Source: a virus (taxonomy: Duplodnaviria; Heunggongvirae; Uroviricota; Caudoviricetes). Taken from it: a stretch of DNA of 38,666 nt. Below the pieces are notes generated by a model, which was not told where the DNA came from, made no database searches, and was given only the letters and a program-made list of their open reading frames with translations. The position numbers and the translations under genes are program-made. The DNA lies in IMG/VR virus record IMGVR_UViG_2609459854_000001, positions 1 to 38,666 of that record. One strand, written 5' to 3'. Every line of letters starts with the position of its first letter. Position 1 is the first letter of the stretch. Shown in pieces: positions 1 to 8,455 of this stretch.

Positions 1-960
1 TTATGAAAATAAATATGACTTTTTATCCCATAGGATTTGATCATGATTCATTGTTGGGCACTGAAGATCATTTGCTAAGAAAGAAGGATATTTCGTTGTA
101 TTAAAAATGCTTGAGAAATTAGAGTGCATCGGGCTATTAAATATCTCACTCCCATATTGAGCTACGAGTAAAATATGAATGGCAGCTACTGCATTTATTA
201 CAGCGTTAAGAGATGCCTTTTGCTTGTTTGTTCCGCGATTATGCTTAACTGCATTATATGCGTCATACCAAGTCAAACTAGTAGTTGGTTTAGATTCATC
301 CCAACCACTAAATGGGCACCACTCTTGCAAATATGGATAGTAAACGAGCCTCGTAGAATACCCATCTAATTTCAGCAAACCAAGAGATTTAACATAATCG
401 TTAGTACTAAATCTATTGTTGTTAACAGTGTAACCATTATCTGTAAGAAAATTGTGAAGTAAGTATTCAACCTCAGTACATGCAATAATTAATATTTCTC
501 TGATTTTATTACCAAAACAACTCAAATTACCAGTATCAGGATCTATATAGTTAAATAATTCATTTAATGAATCACATATATTATTAAAAGACCTTACTTC
601 ATCAAGGATTCGTGCCTCCGCTATTTGTTGGTTATATAGTTTTGGTTCTCCTCTATTCATTCTAGGGTAGAATATTCCTGCTTCTGTTTTTTTAGATAAA
701 CTGATAACTATAGGTTGGTATGGACAACGATCAAAGCATTGATTCCAAGAAAAATAACCAATCGCCTTTGCTATTTCATCTGTTTTTATTGCATCAGGAT
801 ATGTTTCATTATAGTTATCCTTTCCTCGTTGCCAATGACTCCATTGGTAGTAGGTTACTTTAGGGAATAAACCAGTGTTAATGTATAAAAAACAATCCTC
901 ACCATTGCGTTGAAAAAAGCCAAATACATTTCCTTTCAATTCAAAAGTATAGCTTTCCAT
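1..960 (-). CDS. hypothetical cargo protein (319 aa), function unknown; candidate accessory/defence gene next to the integrase
   Basis: Complete ORF (ATG at 958-960, TAA at 1-3); visibly AT-rich compared with the phage structural genes; no HExxH, P-loop or other motif I recognise; occupies the position where e14 carries lit. Confidence 0.5.
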   Translation of the reverse strand: MESYTFELKGNVFGFFQRNGEDCFLYINTGLFPKVTYYQWSHWQRGKDNYNETYPDAIKTDEIAKAIGYFSWNQCFDRCPYQPIVISLSKKTEAGIFYPRMNRGEPKLYNQQIAEARILDEVRSFNNICDSLNELFNYIDPDTGNLSCFGNKIREILIIACTEVEYLLHNFLTDNGYTVNNNRFSTNDYVKSLGLLKLDGYSTRLVYYPYLQEWCPFSGWDESKPTTSLTWYDAYNAVKHNRGTNKQKASLNAVINAVAAIHILLVAQYGSEIFNSPMHSNFSSIFNTTKYPSFLANDLQCPTMNHDQILWDKKSYLFS

Positions 961-1316
961 ATTGTTTCCTTTTTTGAGATTTAATGTATATCATGAATCT
1001 ACTAAGCTGTCCAAGACGTTTCGTTAGGATTAAGCTTTCGCTTCATTATCAAGAAATAATAGTAGTACATCGAGGTTGGAGTGTTCTTTAAAATTATGGA
1101 GTTCATCACAATAATCAATGGCTGTTATTGAATTTACTTACGATACGTTTGACTTATAGCCTGATACGACTTAACACTCAAGTTGGAAGTTTAGCTTTTA
1201 TTGATCAACATATTTCTTTGACATATAAACGCGTCCCTTTTTCACTTAAAACGGGCTGCTTGTTTCTTTTTCAAGCATGTTGAGAAATTCAACGGGGCGT
1301 TGAGACGCTTAAATTT

Positions 1317-2447
1317 TCACAATGCTACTTTGCTCCATCCTTTGCCTCGATCATCATGGTAACGATCGGTCTGCTGTTGTGTTTTATGACCAAGTAATTT
1401 TTGCGTATCTAACCCCTGTTCTTTGTACAGGCGTTCAGATAAAGACCTTTGTTCATGGAATGTGGCAGGTGAGCCATCCCCCCAGTCAATCCCTGCTAAA
1501 TCCCTTGCTTTACTAAAATTCATCGTCAATGTATTGGATTTAATCTGTGCACCACGTTCTGCTTGTGAGGTTGAACGGAAAAAATGCACCAAGTATGGGC
1601 TCACTGCGTAGTCACGGCAGCGAGCTACTACATCTCGTAGGCTCCAATTGATAGCATTCAAACGTAGAGAAAGAGGGATAGCGATTTTGCTTCCAGTCTT
1701 TTCCTGAATGACGTGAAGATGATCCTCCCAAATATCACTAAATTTCATTTTGGATATATCTCCCAAACGCTGCCCAGTGACCAAAGCTAGGAGCATGGCA
1801 TTTCCCATATAACGATGAGTGGCGTCTGCGATATCGAATATTTTTTGCCATTCTTCCAGGCTGAGGCGTTGACGGGTAATTTTCCGTCTGGGTTGCTTCG
1901 TCGCAAGAGCAGGGTTATACCCTGGCGGAACTTCGCCATAATGCTGTGCTTCCTTAAATACATCGATCAATACAGACCTTACGACTTGCGCCATTCTCGG
2001 CTGCCCGGCAGCGATATACTCGTCAAGCAATTGTGCTATATCTCTTACATCAACGGCTGAGATCAACTTCATTCCTGCTCGTTCTCTGAGCAAGGATACT
2101 GGTTTAGCTTTTTGCTTATAGGTGTTGAGTCTTATATCACCACTTTTAAGCCTGTCATCCTGGATCGCTTGATAGCGATCTAACCAGGTTGACGTTGTGA
2201 TAGCCTTTCCTTTGCTGGTTGCGATCCTGTCACTGATAGCCAGAATCTGCCGGGTTCTTTGTTCAGCCAGGCGAGTGTTGGCCTCAGTGGCAATAGCGAT
2301 AGCTTCAGCTTCGTTTGTTCCCAAAGCATGGAATTTTCCTGTTACTGGATGCTTATACCGCCAATAGACTTTATTTACCTTCCTACTATAAAGCGGATAT
2401 AAGTTAGGGACTGAAACATTATTCTTACGCGGTCTGGCTGCCATCAC
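1317..2447 (-). CDS. tyrosine site-specific integrase (lambda Int family)
   Basis: 376-aa ORF with lambda-Int-like N-terminal arm and C-terminal catalytic domain; directly followed by an overlapping Xis-like gene. Confidence 0.9.
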   Translation of the reverse strand: MMAARPRKNNVSVPNLYPLYSRKVNKVYWRYKHPVTGKFHALGTNEAEAIAIATEANTRLAEQRTRQILAISDRIATSKGKAITTSTWLDRYQAIQDDRLKSGDIRLNTYKQKAKPVSLLRERAGMKLISAVDVRDIAQLLDEYIAAGQPRMAQVVRSVLIDVFKEAQHYGEVPPGYNPALATKQPRRKITRQRLSLEEWQKIFDIADATHRYMGNAMLLALVTGQRLGDISKMKFSDIWEDHLHVIQEKTGSKIAIPLSLRLNAINWSLRDVVARCRDYAVSPYLVHFFRSTSQAERGAQIKSNTLTMNFSKARDLAGIDWGDGSPATFHEQRSLSERLYKEQGLDTQKLLGHKTQQQTDRYHDDRGKGWSKVAL

Positions 2448-2670
2448 TCAAAATCCGTTGCAAAAGTAATGAGTCATTTTTCTTAATTATTGGCGTTACC
2501 AACTCCCCAACTAATTCGGCGTCCTCACGCACTCGCCATAACCGACCTTGTTTCATGGCCGGTGGGCAAAATAAATTCTGCTTAGCATAACGACGCAATG
2601 TGGACACGCTTGGAGGATTGCTTCTGTATTTTTCAGTAGCCCATTCTTCAAGAGTTAACATTTGAAGCAT
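2425..2670 (-). CDS. excisionase (Xis-like)
   Basis: 81-aa ORF overlapping the integrase start; MLQMLTLEEW...RRYAK...FCPP resembles lambda Xis winged-helix. Confidence 0.7.
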   Translation of the reverse strand: MLQMLTLEEWATEKYRSNPPSVSTLRRYAKQNLFCPPAMKQGRLWRVREDAELVGELVTPIIKKNDSLLLQRILSDGSQTA

Positions 2671-2974
2671 ATGCGATCACCTTATTACTTCACTAACTGC
2701 TTAGTCTCAGCATATCGACCCTGCAAGGTCGGTTAGTTTCTCCACAAAACAGAGAAGAACACCTGCGGTGACTGCCGCCCGGATGGATTGGGTTATGAGC
2801 CCGTCGTCCGGTGATGCTCTTCTCTGTTTTGTAAAAAGGACGGTACCAGCCGGAAGCAAGTGTACAAGCTGGTACCGCCAAGACTACACACAGCAATGAA
2901 ACTATTGCCTGTCTTTTCACCACTTCAGGCTCGGTGGTATGCTGGAGTTCTCACACAGCCAGCAAGGAAACCTA

Positions 2975-3316
2975 ATGAACCAGTTTTATGTTCACGTTCG
3001 TCTGTTTGAAGCAACAGCCGAACAGACCAAAAAATTTGAAGAATTAATGCTTAACTTTCTGTACCAGAAAACAATCAAAGAGTCTGACGATAGCTGCTGC
3101 AGACTGATTCCAGAGGGATATATCCTCAAAAGCACAATGAACTGCCAACAAATCCTTGATCAAACTTTTTCCATTGCTAACAGTGCTGGTGTTGACGCAA
3201 ATATATTTGTCTGCAAATTTGAACAAAGCGCATGCTTACTTCCGTCTGCTTCCTTAGTTGGCAACGATTTTGTTCATCACGATCTTACGCCTAAGCCCAT
3301 CAAGCTCGATTCTTAA
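2975..3316 (+). CDS. hypothetical early-region protein
   Basis: ORF in track frame; internal ATG at 2975 chosen as start (113 aa); no recognisable domain. Confidence 0.35.
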   Translation: MNQFYVHVRLFEATAEQTKKFEELMLNFLYQKTIKESDDSCCRLIPEGYILKSTMNCQQILDQTFSIANSAGVDANIFVCKFEQSACLLPSASLVGNDFVHHDLTPKPIKLDS

Positions 3317-3562
3317 TGCCTTAACCATTGTGTCGTGATAAACACGGCTCACCCTCTCTCCATTGCATGGCAGGGGGGTGATCGTGTTAGCCATGAAATT
3401 CATGAACTTGGTTCGATCAGGGTCTTGCGCCCCGCAAGTCTTTAATGCCTGTTTTGCTAACAAAATACGGGCCTCAGTGCCTGCATTTGGCTCTATCTGC
3501 TGCAAACGTTTAGCGTCTTCCAGCAACAATGCGATCACATGCTTCAAATCCTGCTCATTCAT
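3254..3562 (-). CDS. hypothetical early-region protein
   Basis: 102-aa ORF upstream of the repressor on the same strand; no recognisable domain. Confidence 0.4.
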   Translation of the reverse strand: MNEQDLKHVIALLLEDAKRLQQIEPNAGTEARILLAKQALKTCGAQDPDRTKFMNFMANTITPLPCNGERVSRVYHDTMVKALRIELDGLRRKIVMNKIVAN

Positions 3563-3701
3563 CTATTCTCTCCACTGAAATCATCCGCTAACGAATCATC
3601 CCGGTCTTCGTACGTACCGGGCGGGCTACTTCGTGGGCGTCCTGCCTGTTTGTTGTTTCTCTTGGGTACATTATGTATCTCAAAGGTACACTGTCAAGTA
3701 T

Positions 3702-3723
3702 AAAAAAACCTGCCGAAGCAGGT
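3702..3723 (-). terminator. intrinsic terminator downstream of the repressor gene
   Basis: On the minus-strand transcript: 6-bp GC stem (ACCUGC/GCAGGU) with a UUCG tetraloop followed by a run of about 7 U, 14 nt after the repressor stop. Confidence 0.55.
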
Positions 3724-3736
3724 TCATAAACATTGA

Positions 3737-4411
3737 TTAGGCTTTGATTTTGTATCTTCTTGGTTTTCCTGAGAAAATCACAGTACCAATTATAGAGCAA
3801 TTACCGTTGATCTTAATGTAAGGCTCAGGCCAGTTTGGGTTTAACGCTTTGAGATAACGCTGTGTCCCATCTTCTATCAACCTTTTGAAGGTGGTTTCAC
3901 CTGTATCGTGCATCAATGCAATAACGTCGTCACCGTGGCAGGCAGGTACTTCAGGATCGACAAAAATCATGTCTCCCGGGCGGTACTCATCAATCATTGA
4001 ATCACCTATCACCCGCAAGATATAAGTCATTTCCCCACAGGGTACAGGGCAGGGATACGTTTCTGCTGTGCTCAAATCAACCTCAGAATATCCAACTTCT
4101 TTCCATGCTCCGGCCTGTACCCATGATATGACAGGGACTAATGTGATTTGTTTATTAGTGATTGAAACATCAGGTTTTTTTGTGATGTTTGTTGTCTGGT
4201 GTTCTTGATCGAGCCATCCGACAGGCAGGTCGAAACATTTTTCGATGTGTCGTGCCATGCTGTCACCGATATTTTTAGTAGCACCATCTCCCATAAACCT
4301 GCTGGTCTGGGTTGGCTCGCGATCAATCATAGTGGCAAAGGAAGAATTCCCGCCAACACCATCTCTCAGTTTTCTGGCGTTAGACCGCCGGATGTCATGG
4401 ATTGTTTTCAT
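3737..4411 (-). CDS. CI-like phage repressor (N-terminal HTH, C-terminal S24 LexA-type peptidase domain)
   Basis: 224 aa; C-terminal region (...VIGDSMIDEYRPGDMIFVDP...) matches S24 self-cleaving repressor architecture; divergent from a Cro-like gene. Confidence 0.85.
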   Translation of the reverse strand: MKTIHDIRRSNARKLRDGVGGNSSFATMIDREPTQTSRFMGDGATKNIGDSMARHIEKCFDLPVGWLDQEHQTTNITKKPDVSITNKQITLVPVISWVQAGAWKEVGYSEVDLSTAETYPCPVPCGEMTYILRVIGDSMIDEYRPGDMIFVDPEVPACHGDDVIALMHDTGETTFKRLIEDGTQRYLKALNPNWPEPYIKINGNCSIIGTVIFSGKPRRYKIKA

Positions 4412-4426
4412 AACGAAATTAAAACC

Positions 4427-4498
4427 CTTGTACCGTTAAGGTACAAGTATCTTGAAGGTTCATTTCAATCATGTAATATGTACACCGGAGGTACATAT
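4427..4498. promoter_or_regulatory. immunity-region operators: two palindromes with TGTAC half-sites between repressor and cro
   Basis: cttgtaccgttaaggtacaag (4427-4447) and atatgtacaccggaggtacatat (4476-4498), each with perfect 8-bp inverted arms, in the 90-bp divergent intergenic region. Confidence 0.5.
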
Positions 4499-4501
4499 TG
4501 T

Positions 4502-4702
4502 ATGAAAGCGTATTGGGACTCTTTAACCAAAGAACAGCAGGGCGAGTTGGCCGGAAAAGTTGGCTCAACACCTGGCTACTTACGGCTGGTTTTCAATGGC
4601 TATAAAAAAGCCAGTTTTGTGCTGGCTAAAAAACTTGAGCAATGCACGTCAGGTGCAATTACGAAATCTGACTTAAGACCGGATATCTATCCGAAAGATT
4701 AG
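4502..4702 (+). CDS. Cro-like HTH regulator
   Basis: 66-aa ORF (MKAYWDSL...) divergent from repressor; the long track ORF 4199-4702 is antisense to the repressor, so the start is set at the ATG at 4502. Confidence 0.7.
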   Translation: MKAYWDSLTKEQQGELAGKVGSTPGYLRLVFNGYKKASFVLAKKLEQCTSGAITKSDLRPDIYPKD

Positions 4703-4733
4703 CAGAACACTTTCAATTTTTAACCACAGAACG

Positions 4734-5297
4734 ATGAGGCTAATCGTGGGTAAGCATCACTGGAAAATAGAAAAACAGCCTGAGTGGTACGTGAAAGCTG
4801 TCAGAAAAACTATCGCGGCGTTGCCGGGTGGTTACGCTGAAGCGGCTGACTGGCTCGATGTAACAGAAAACGCTTTATTCAACCGCCTTCGTGCAGATGG
4901 CGATCAGATTTTCCCGCTGGGATGGGCAATGGTTTTACAGCGTGCTGGTGGCACTCACTTCATTGCTGATGCTGTGGCGCAGTCTGCAAATGGCGTCTTT
5001 GTGTCTCTTCCTGACGTCGAGGATGTGGACAACGCCGATATCAACCAACGCCTGCTGGAGGTCATTGAACAGATCGGCAGTTATTCAAAACAGATTCGTT
5101 CAGCAATTGAAGACGGTGTAGTGGAACCGCATGAGAAGACAGCAATTAACGATGAGCTGTACCTCTCAATTTCGAAGCTGCAGGAGCATGCAGCACTGGT
5201 CTACAAAATCTTTTGCGTTTCAGAAAGTAGTGACGCCCGCGAGTGTGCAGCTCCGGGCGCCGTGGCGTGTCGTGACTGTGGAGAAACTAACGCATGA
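4734..5297 (+). CDS. early regulatory protein (CII-like), putative
   Basis: 187 aa directly downstream of cro; assignment by position and size only. Confidence 0.4.
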   Translation: MRLIVGKHHWKIEKQPEWYVKAVRKTIAALPGGYAEAADWLDVTENALFNRLRADGDQIFPLGWAMVLQRAGGTHFIADAVAQSANGVFVSLPDVEDVDNADINQRLLEVIEQIGSYSKQIRSAIEDGVVEPHEKTAINDELYLSISKLQEHAALVYKIFCVSESSDARECAAPGAVACRDCGETNA

Positions 5298-5632
5298 ACA
5301 GTTTAACAACACACTACCGTCGCTCGCAACTGATTGCACTTCCTGTACCGGGTGGAAAAGCGAAGGTGGAGTATTGCTATGCAGTGAATGTACCAGGTGA
5401 CAGGGAAATTGTAACCCACAGCTTTGCAGAGTGGGCTGTGGGTGATTTCAACCGGCAAAAGGAGACAGTCCTTTGCGACAAGTTAACCGCTGGTTCAAAG
5501 ATCACTACGGAGTGCCCGTCAGAGTCATTCGTTGGGAGCCGGAAACACAACGGGTTATCTACCTCCGTGAAGGCTATGAGCATGAGTGCTTCAGCCCGCT
5601 CGAACAGTTTCGTCGTAAATTCAGGGAAATAG
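5294..5632 (+). CDS. hypothetical early protein
   Basis: 112-aa ORF whose start overlaps the previous stop; no recognisable domain. Confidence 0.35.
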   Translation: MNSLTTHYRRSQLIALPVPGGKAKVEYCYAVNVPGDREIVTHSFAEWAVGDFNRQKETVLCDKLTAGSKITTECPSESFVGSRKHNGLSTSVKAMSMSASARSNSFVVNSGK

Positions 5633-5641
5633 AGGTCGGTC

Positions 5642-6583
5642 ATGAGCACTAAATTAACCGGCTATGTATGGGATGGTTGCGCAGCATCAGGCATGAAGTT
5701 ATCCAGCGTGGCAATTATGGCCCGCCTGGCTGATTTCAGTAATGACGAAGGTGTGTGCTGGCCATCAATTGAAACCATTGCCCGTCAGATTGGCGCGGGG
5801 ATGAGTACAGTCAGGACGGCTATCGCACGGCTGGAAGCAGAAGGCTGGTTAACGCGTAAGGCGCGTCGGCAGGGTAACCGCAATGCGTCGAATGTTTATC
5901 AGCTTAACGTTGCGAAGCTTCAGGCAGCGGCATTTTCTCAACTGTCAGATTCTGACCCGTCAAAATCTGACGCATCAAAATCTGACCCGTCAAAATTTGA
6001 TGCGTCGAAATCTGGCAAAAAAGCGGGTTTTCACCCGTCAGAATCTGGCGGGGATCCGTCAGTAAAATCAAAACATGATCCGTCAGATAAAAAACCTTCT
6101 CGTCCGGACGCTTCGCAACCGGACACGCAGACGGATGAACAGGATTTTTTAACTCGCCATCCTGATGCGGTTGTATTCAGCCCTAAAAAGCGCCAGTGGG
6201 GGACGCAGGATGATTTGACCTGCGCACAGTGGCTCTGGAAAAAAATCATCACCCTGTACGAGCAGGCCGCCGAATGTGACGGCGAGGTGGTTCGTCCCAA
6301 AGAACCTAACTGGACAGCCTGGGCAAACGAAATTCGCCTGATGTGTGTGCAGGATGGTCGTACTCACAAACAAATCTGCGAGATGTACAGCCGCGTCAGC
6401 CGCGATCCGTTCTGGTGCCGTAACGTGCTCAGCCCGTCGAAGTTGCGGGAAAAATGGGATGAGCTTTCCCTGCGCTTATCGCCGTCCGTCAGCACGCACA
6501 CAGAAAAACGTGAAGACCCGTACTTCAAAGCCAGTTACGACAACGTGGACTACAGCCAGATCCCGGCAGGATTTAGGGGGTGA
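5642..6583 (+). CDS. phage replication initiation protein (O-like; N-terminal winged-helix, internal iteron array)
   Basis: 313 aa; GAGG RBS before ATG; N-terminal HTH-like region; internal 15-bp tandem repeats encode SDPSK/SDASK pentapeptides, as with lambda ori inside O. Confidence 0.65.
   Translation: MSTKLTGYVWDGCAASGMKLSSVAIMARLADFSNDEGVCWPSIETIARQIGAGMSTVRTAIARLEAEGWLTRKARRQGNRNASNVYQLNVAKLQAAAFSQLSDSDPSKSDASKSDPSKFDASKSGKKAGFHPSESGGDPSVKSKHDPSDKKPSRPDASQPDTQTDEQDFLTRHPDAVVFSPKKRQWGTQDDLTCAQWLWKKIITLYEQAAECDGEVVRPKEPNWTAWANEIRLMCVQDGRTHKQICEMYSRVSRDPFWCRNVLSPSKLREKWDELSLRLSPSVSTHTEKREDPYFKASYDNVDYSQIPAGFRG
5951..6095 (+). repeat. iteron array / putative phage origin of replication inside the initiator gene
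   Basis: Four perfect-to-near-perfect 15-bp direct repeats (tctgacccgtcaaaa and variants, 5951-6010) plus degenerate copies, followed by an A-rich stretch. Confidence 0.55.
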
Positions 6584-6585
6584 TC

Positions 6586-7074
6586 ATGAGTCTGTTAAAT
6601 GACGTTCAGAAATTCATTGAAGCCCATCCGGGCTGTACTTCCGGAGACATTGCGGATGCTTTTGCCGGTTACTCACGGCAGCGCGTTCTGCAGTCAGCAA
6701 GCAAGTTACGTCAGAGTGGGCGTGTGGCTCACCGTTGTGAAGGAGATACACGCAGACATTTCCCGCGCCTGACTGAGAGAGCGCAGGAGCCGGAACCACA
6801 ACCAGTTCGTGAAACCAGACCTGTGCGCAATTTCTATGTCGGCACTAACGACCCGCGGGTGATTTTGTGCCTGATCCGCCAGGCTGAAGAACTGGAGTCC
6901 AGGGACTTATACCGTCGTGCTGCAACGGTGTGGATGGCGGCATTCCGTGAAAGCCACTCCCAGCCAGAACGAAACAATTTTCTGGCGCGTCGTGAGCGGT
7001 GCTTACGGAAAAGCAGCAAGCGCGCTGCATCGGGTGAAGAGTGGTATCTGTCAGGGAATTACGTGGGGGCTTAA
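6586..7074 (+). CDS. hypothetical regulator-like protein (possible PerC-type)
   Basis: ATG at 6586 with AGGGGG RBS; ...LYRRAATVWMAAF... resembles PerC-type activators; weak assignment from memory. Confidence 0.35.
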   Translation: MSLLNDVQKFIEAHPGCTSGDIADAFAGYSRQRVLQSASKLRQSGRVAHRCEGDTRRHFPRLTERAQEPEPQPVRETRPVRNFYVGTNDPRVILCLIRQAEELESRDLYRRAATVWMAAFRESHSQPERNNFLARRERCLRKSSKRAASGEEWYLSGNYVGA

Positions 7075-7727
7075 TGAGTAATAAATATTGCCAGGCGCTG
7101 GTGGAACTGCGGAACAAACCAGCCCATGAACTGAAGGAAGTGGGCGATCAGTGGCGCACACCGGACAACATTTTCTGGGGAATTAACACCCTGTTTGGCC
7201 CGTTTGTTCTGGATCTGTTTACTGACGGTGATAACGCCAAATGCGCTGCGTATTACACGGCGGAAGACAACGCGCTGGCGCATGACTGGTCAGAACGTCT
7301 TGCGGAGCTTAAAGGTGCTGCCTTTGGTAATCCCCCATACAGCCGCGCCAGTCAGCATGAGGGGCAATACATCACCGGCATGCGTTACATCATGAAACAT
7401 GCCAGTGCCATGCGTGATAAGGGTGGGCGCTATGTTTTCCTGATCAAAGCTGCCACCAGCGAAGTGTGGTGGCCGGAAGATGCGGACCATATTGCTTTTA
7501 TTCGCGGGCGTATTGGTTTTGAACTGCCTGCCTGGTTTATCCCGAAGGATGAGAAGCAGGTGCCGACAGGCGCTTTCTTCGCTGGTGCTATTGCTGTTTT
7601 CGACAAGACCTGGAAGGGAGCGGCAATCAGCTACATTGGGCGCGATGAACTTGAGGCATGTGGTGAGGCGTTTCTGGCGCAGGTTCGCCTGCAGGCGGAA
7701 AAACTGGTCATGGAGATGGCGGCATGA
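7074..7727 (+). CDS. DNA N6-adenine methyltransferase (phage Dam family)
   Basis: ATG overlaps upstream stop (TAATG); motifs DLFTDGDN and NPPYS (the [DN]PPY catalytic motif of N6-MTases). Confidence 0.85.
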   Translation: MSNKYCQALVELRNKPAHELKEVGDQWRTPDNIFWGINTLFGPFVLDLFTDGDNAKCAAYYTAEDNALAHDWSERLAELKGAAFGNPPYSRASQHEGQYITGMRYIMKHASAMRDKGGRYVFLIKAATSEVWWPEDADHIAFIRGRIGFELPAWFIPKDEKQVPTGAFFAGAIAVFDKTWKGAAISYIGRDELEACGEAFLAQVRLQAEKLVMEMAA

Positions 7728-8050
7728 CGACATTAACTCAATGCCAGCAGCAGGTGCTGGATATGCTGATTTCTTACCAGAAAGAACGGGGCTTCCCGCC
7801 AACCAATCAGGAGGTGGCAACCATGCTGGGATATCGTTCGGTGAATGCAGCGGTAGAGCATCTTCGCGCACTGGAGAAAAAAGGCGTCATCACGATAAAG
7901 CGTGGCGTGGCCCGGGGGATAACGCTTCATACCGCGGTCAAGGACGACGACAGCGAGGCGGTCGGGATTATCCGCGCACTGCTTGCCGGTGAGGAAAACG
8001 CCAGGCTGCGTGCGACCCACTGGTTACATGAGAGGGGCATGAAAGTATGA
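7724..8050 (+). CDS. LexA-type N-terminal DNA-binding domain protein
   Basis: 108 aa; ...QQVLDMLISYQKERGFPPTNQEVATMLGYRSVNAAVEHLRALEKKGVI... resembles the LexA winged-helix domain without the peptidase domain. Confidence 0.55.
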   Translation: MTTLTQCQQQVLDMLISYQKERGFPPTNQEVATMLGYRSVNAAVEHLRALEKKGVITIKRGVARGITLHTAVKDDDSEAVGIIRALLAGEENARLRATHWLHERGMKV

Positions 8051-8436
8051 AGCTGATTCTGCCTTTTCCGCCCAGCGTGAACACGTACTGGCGACACCCC
8101 AACAAAGGGGCGTTTGCAGGTAAGAGCCTGATAAGCGCGGCGGGGCGCAAATTCCAGAGCGCGGCGTGTGCAGCAATAGTTGAGCAGTTACGTCGTCTGC
8201 CAAAACCAACGTCGGCACCTGCTTCAGTGGAGATCGTGTTGTTTCCGCCGGATAACCGGATCCGCGATCTAGACAACTATAACAAGGCGCTGTTTGACGC
8301 CCTGACCCACGCGGATGTGTGGGAAGACGACAGTCAGGTGAAAAGAATGCTGGTGGAGTGGGGACCGGTTATCCCGGAAGGGAAGGTCGAGATCACTATC
8401 AGTAAGTACGAGAAACCGGCGGGTGCAGCCGCCTGA
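8047..8436 (+). CDS. rusA: RusA-family Holliday junction resolvase
   Basis: 129 aa; MKLILPFPPSVNTYWR... and ...DLDNYNKALFDAL... are hallmark RusA motifs. Confidence 0.9.
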   Translation: MKLILPFPPSVNTYWRHPNKGAFAGKSLISAAGRKFQSAACAAIVEQLRRLPKPTSAPASVEIVLFPPDNRIRDLDNYNKALFDALTHADVWEDDSQVKRMLVEWGPVIPEGKVEITISKYEKPAGAAA

Positions 8437-8455
8437 TTAAGAGGAGAAACGAAGT

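Noticed and set aside
961-1316. Intergenic region next to the integrase as a possible attachment site or tRNA
   Set aside because: No tRNA-like structure seen, and the icd fragment at the other end indicates integration into icd with cargo lying between the left att site and int; that att site is probably left of the window.
4199-4702. 167-aa plus-strand ORF spanning the repressor gene and cro
   Set aside because: Its first 300 nt are antisense to the well-supported CI-like repressor; only the 3' part from the ATG at 4502 is a plausible Cro-like gene.
5951-6010. Regular 15-bp direct repeats that could be mistaken for a CRISPR array
   Set aside because: Repeats are contiguous with no spacers, only 15 bp long, and in frame within a coding region; interpreted as iterons and a pentapeptide repeat.
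5883-6373. Several ORFs (plus and minus strand) inside the replication initiator gene
   Set aside because: They lie within or antisense to a well-supported gene, in the repeat-rich iteron region where spurious ORFs are expected.
7290-7871. 193-aa minus-strand ORF
   Set aside because: Antisense to the Dam methyltransferase gene with its conserved catalytic motifs; GC-rich DNA gives long spurious antisense frames.
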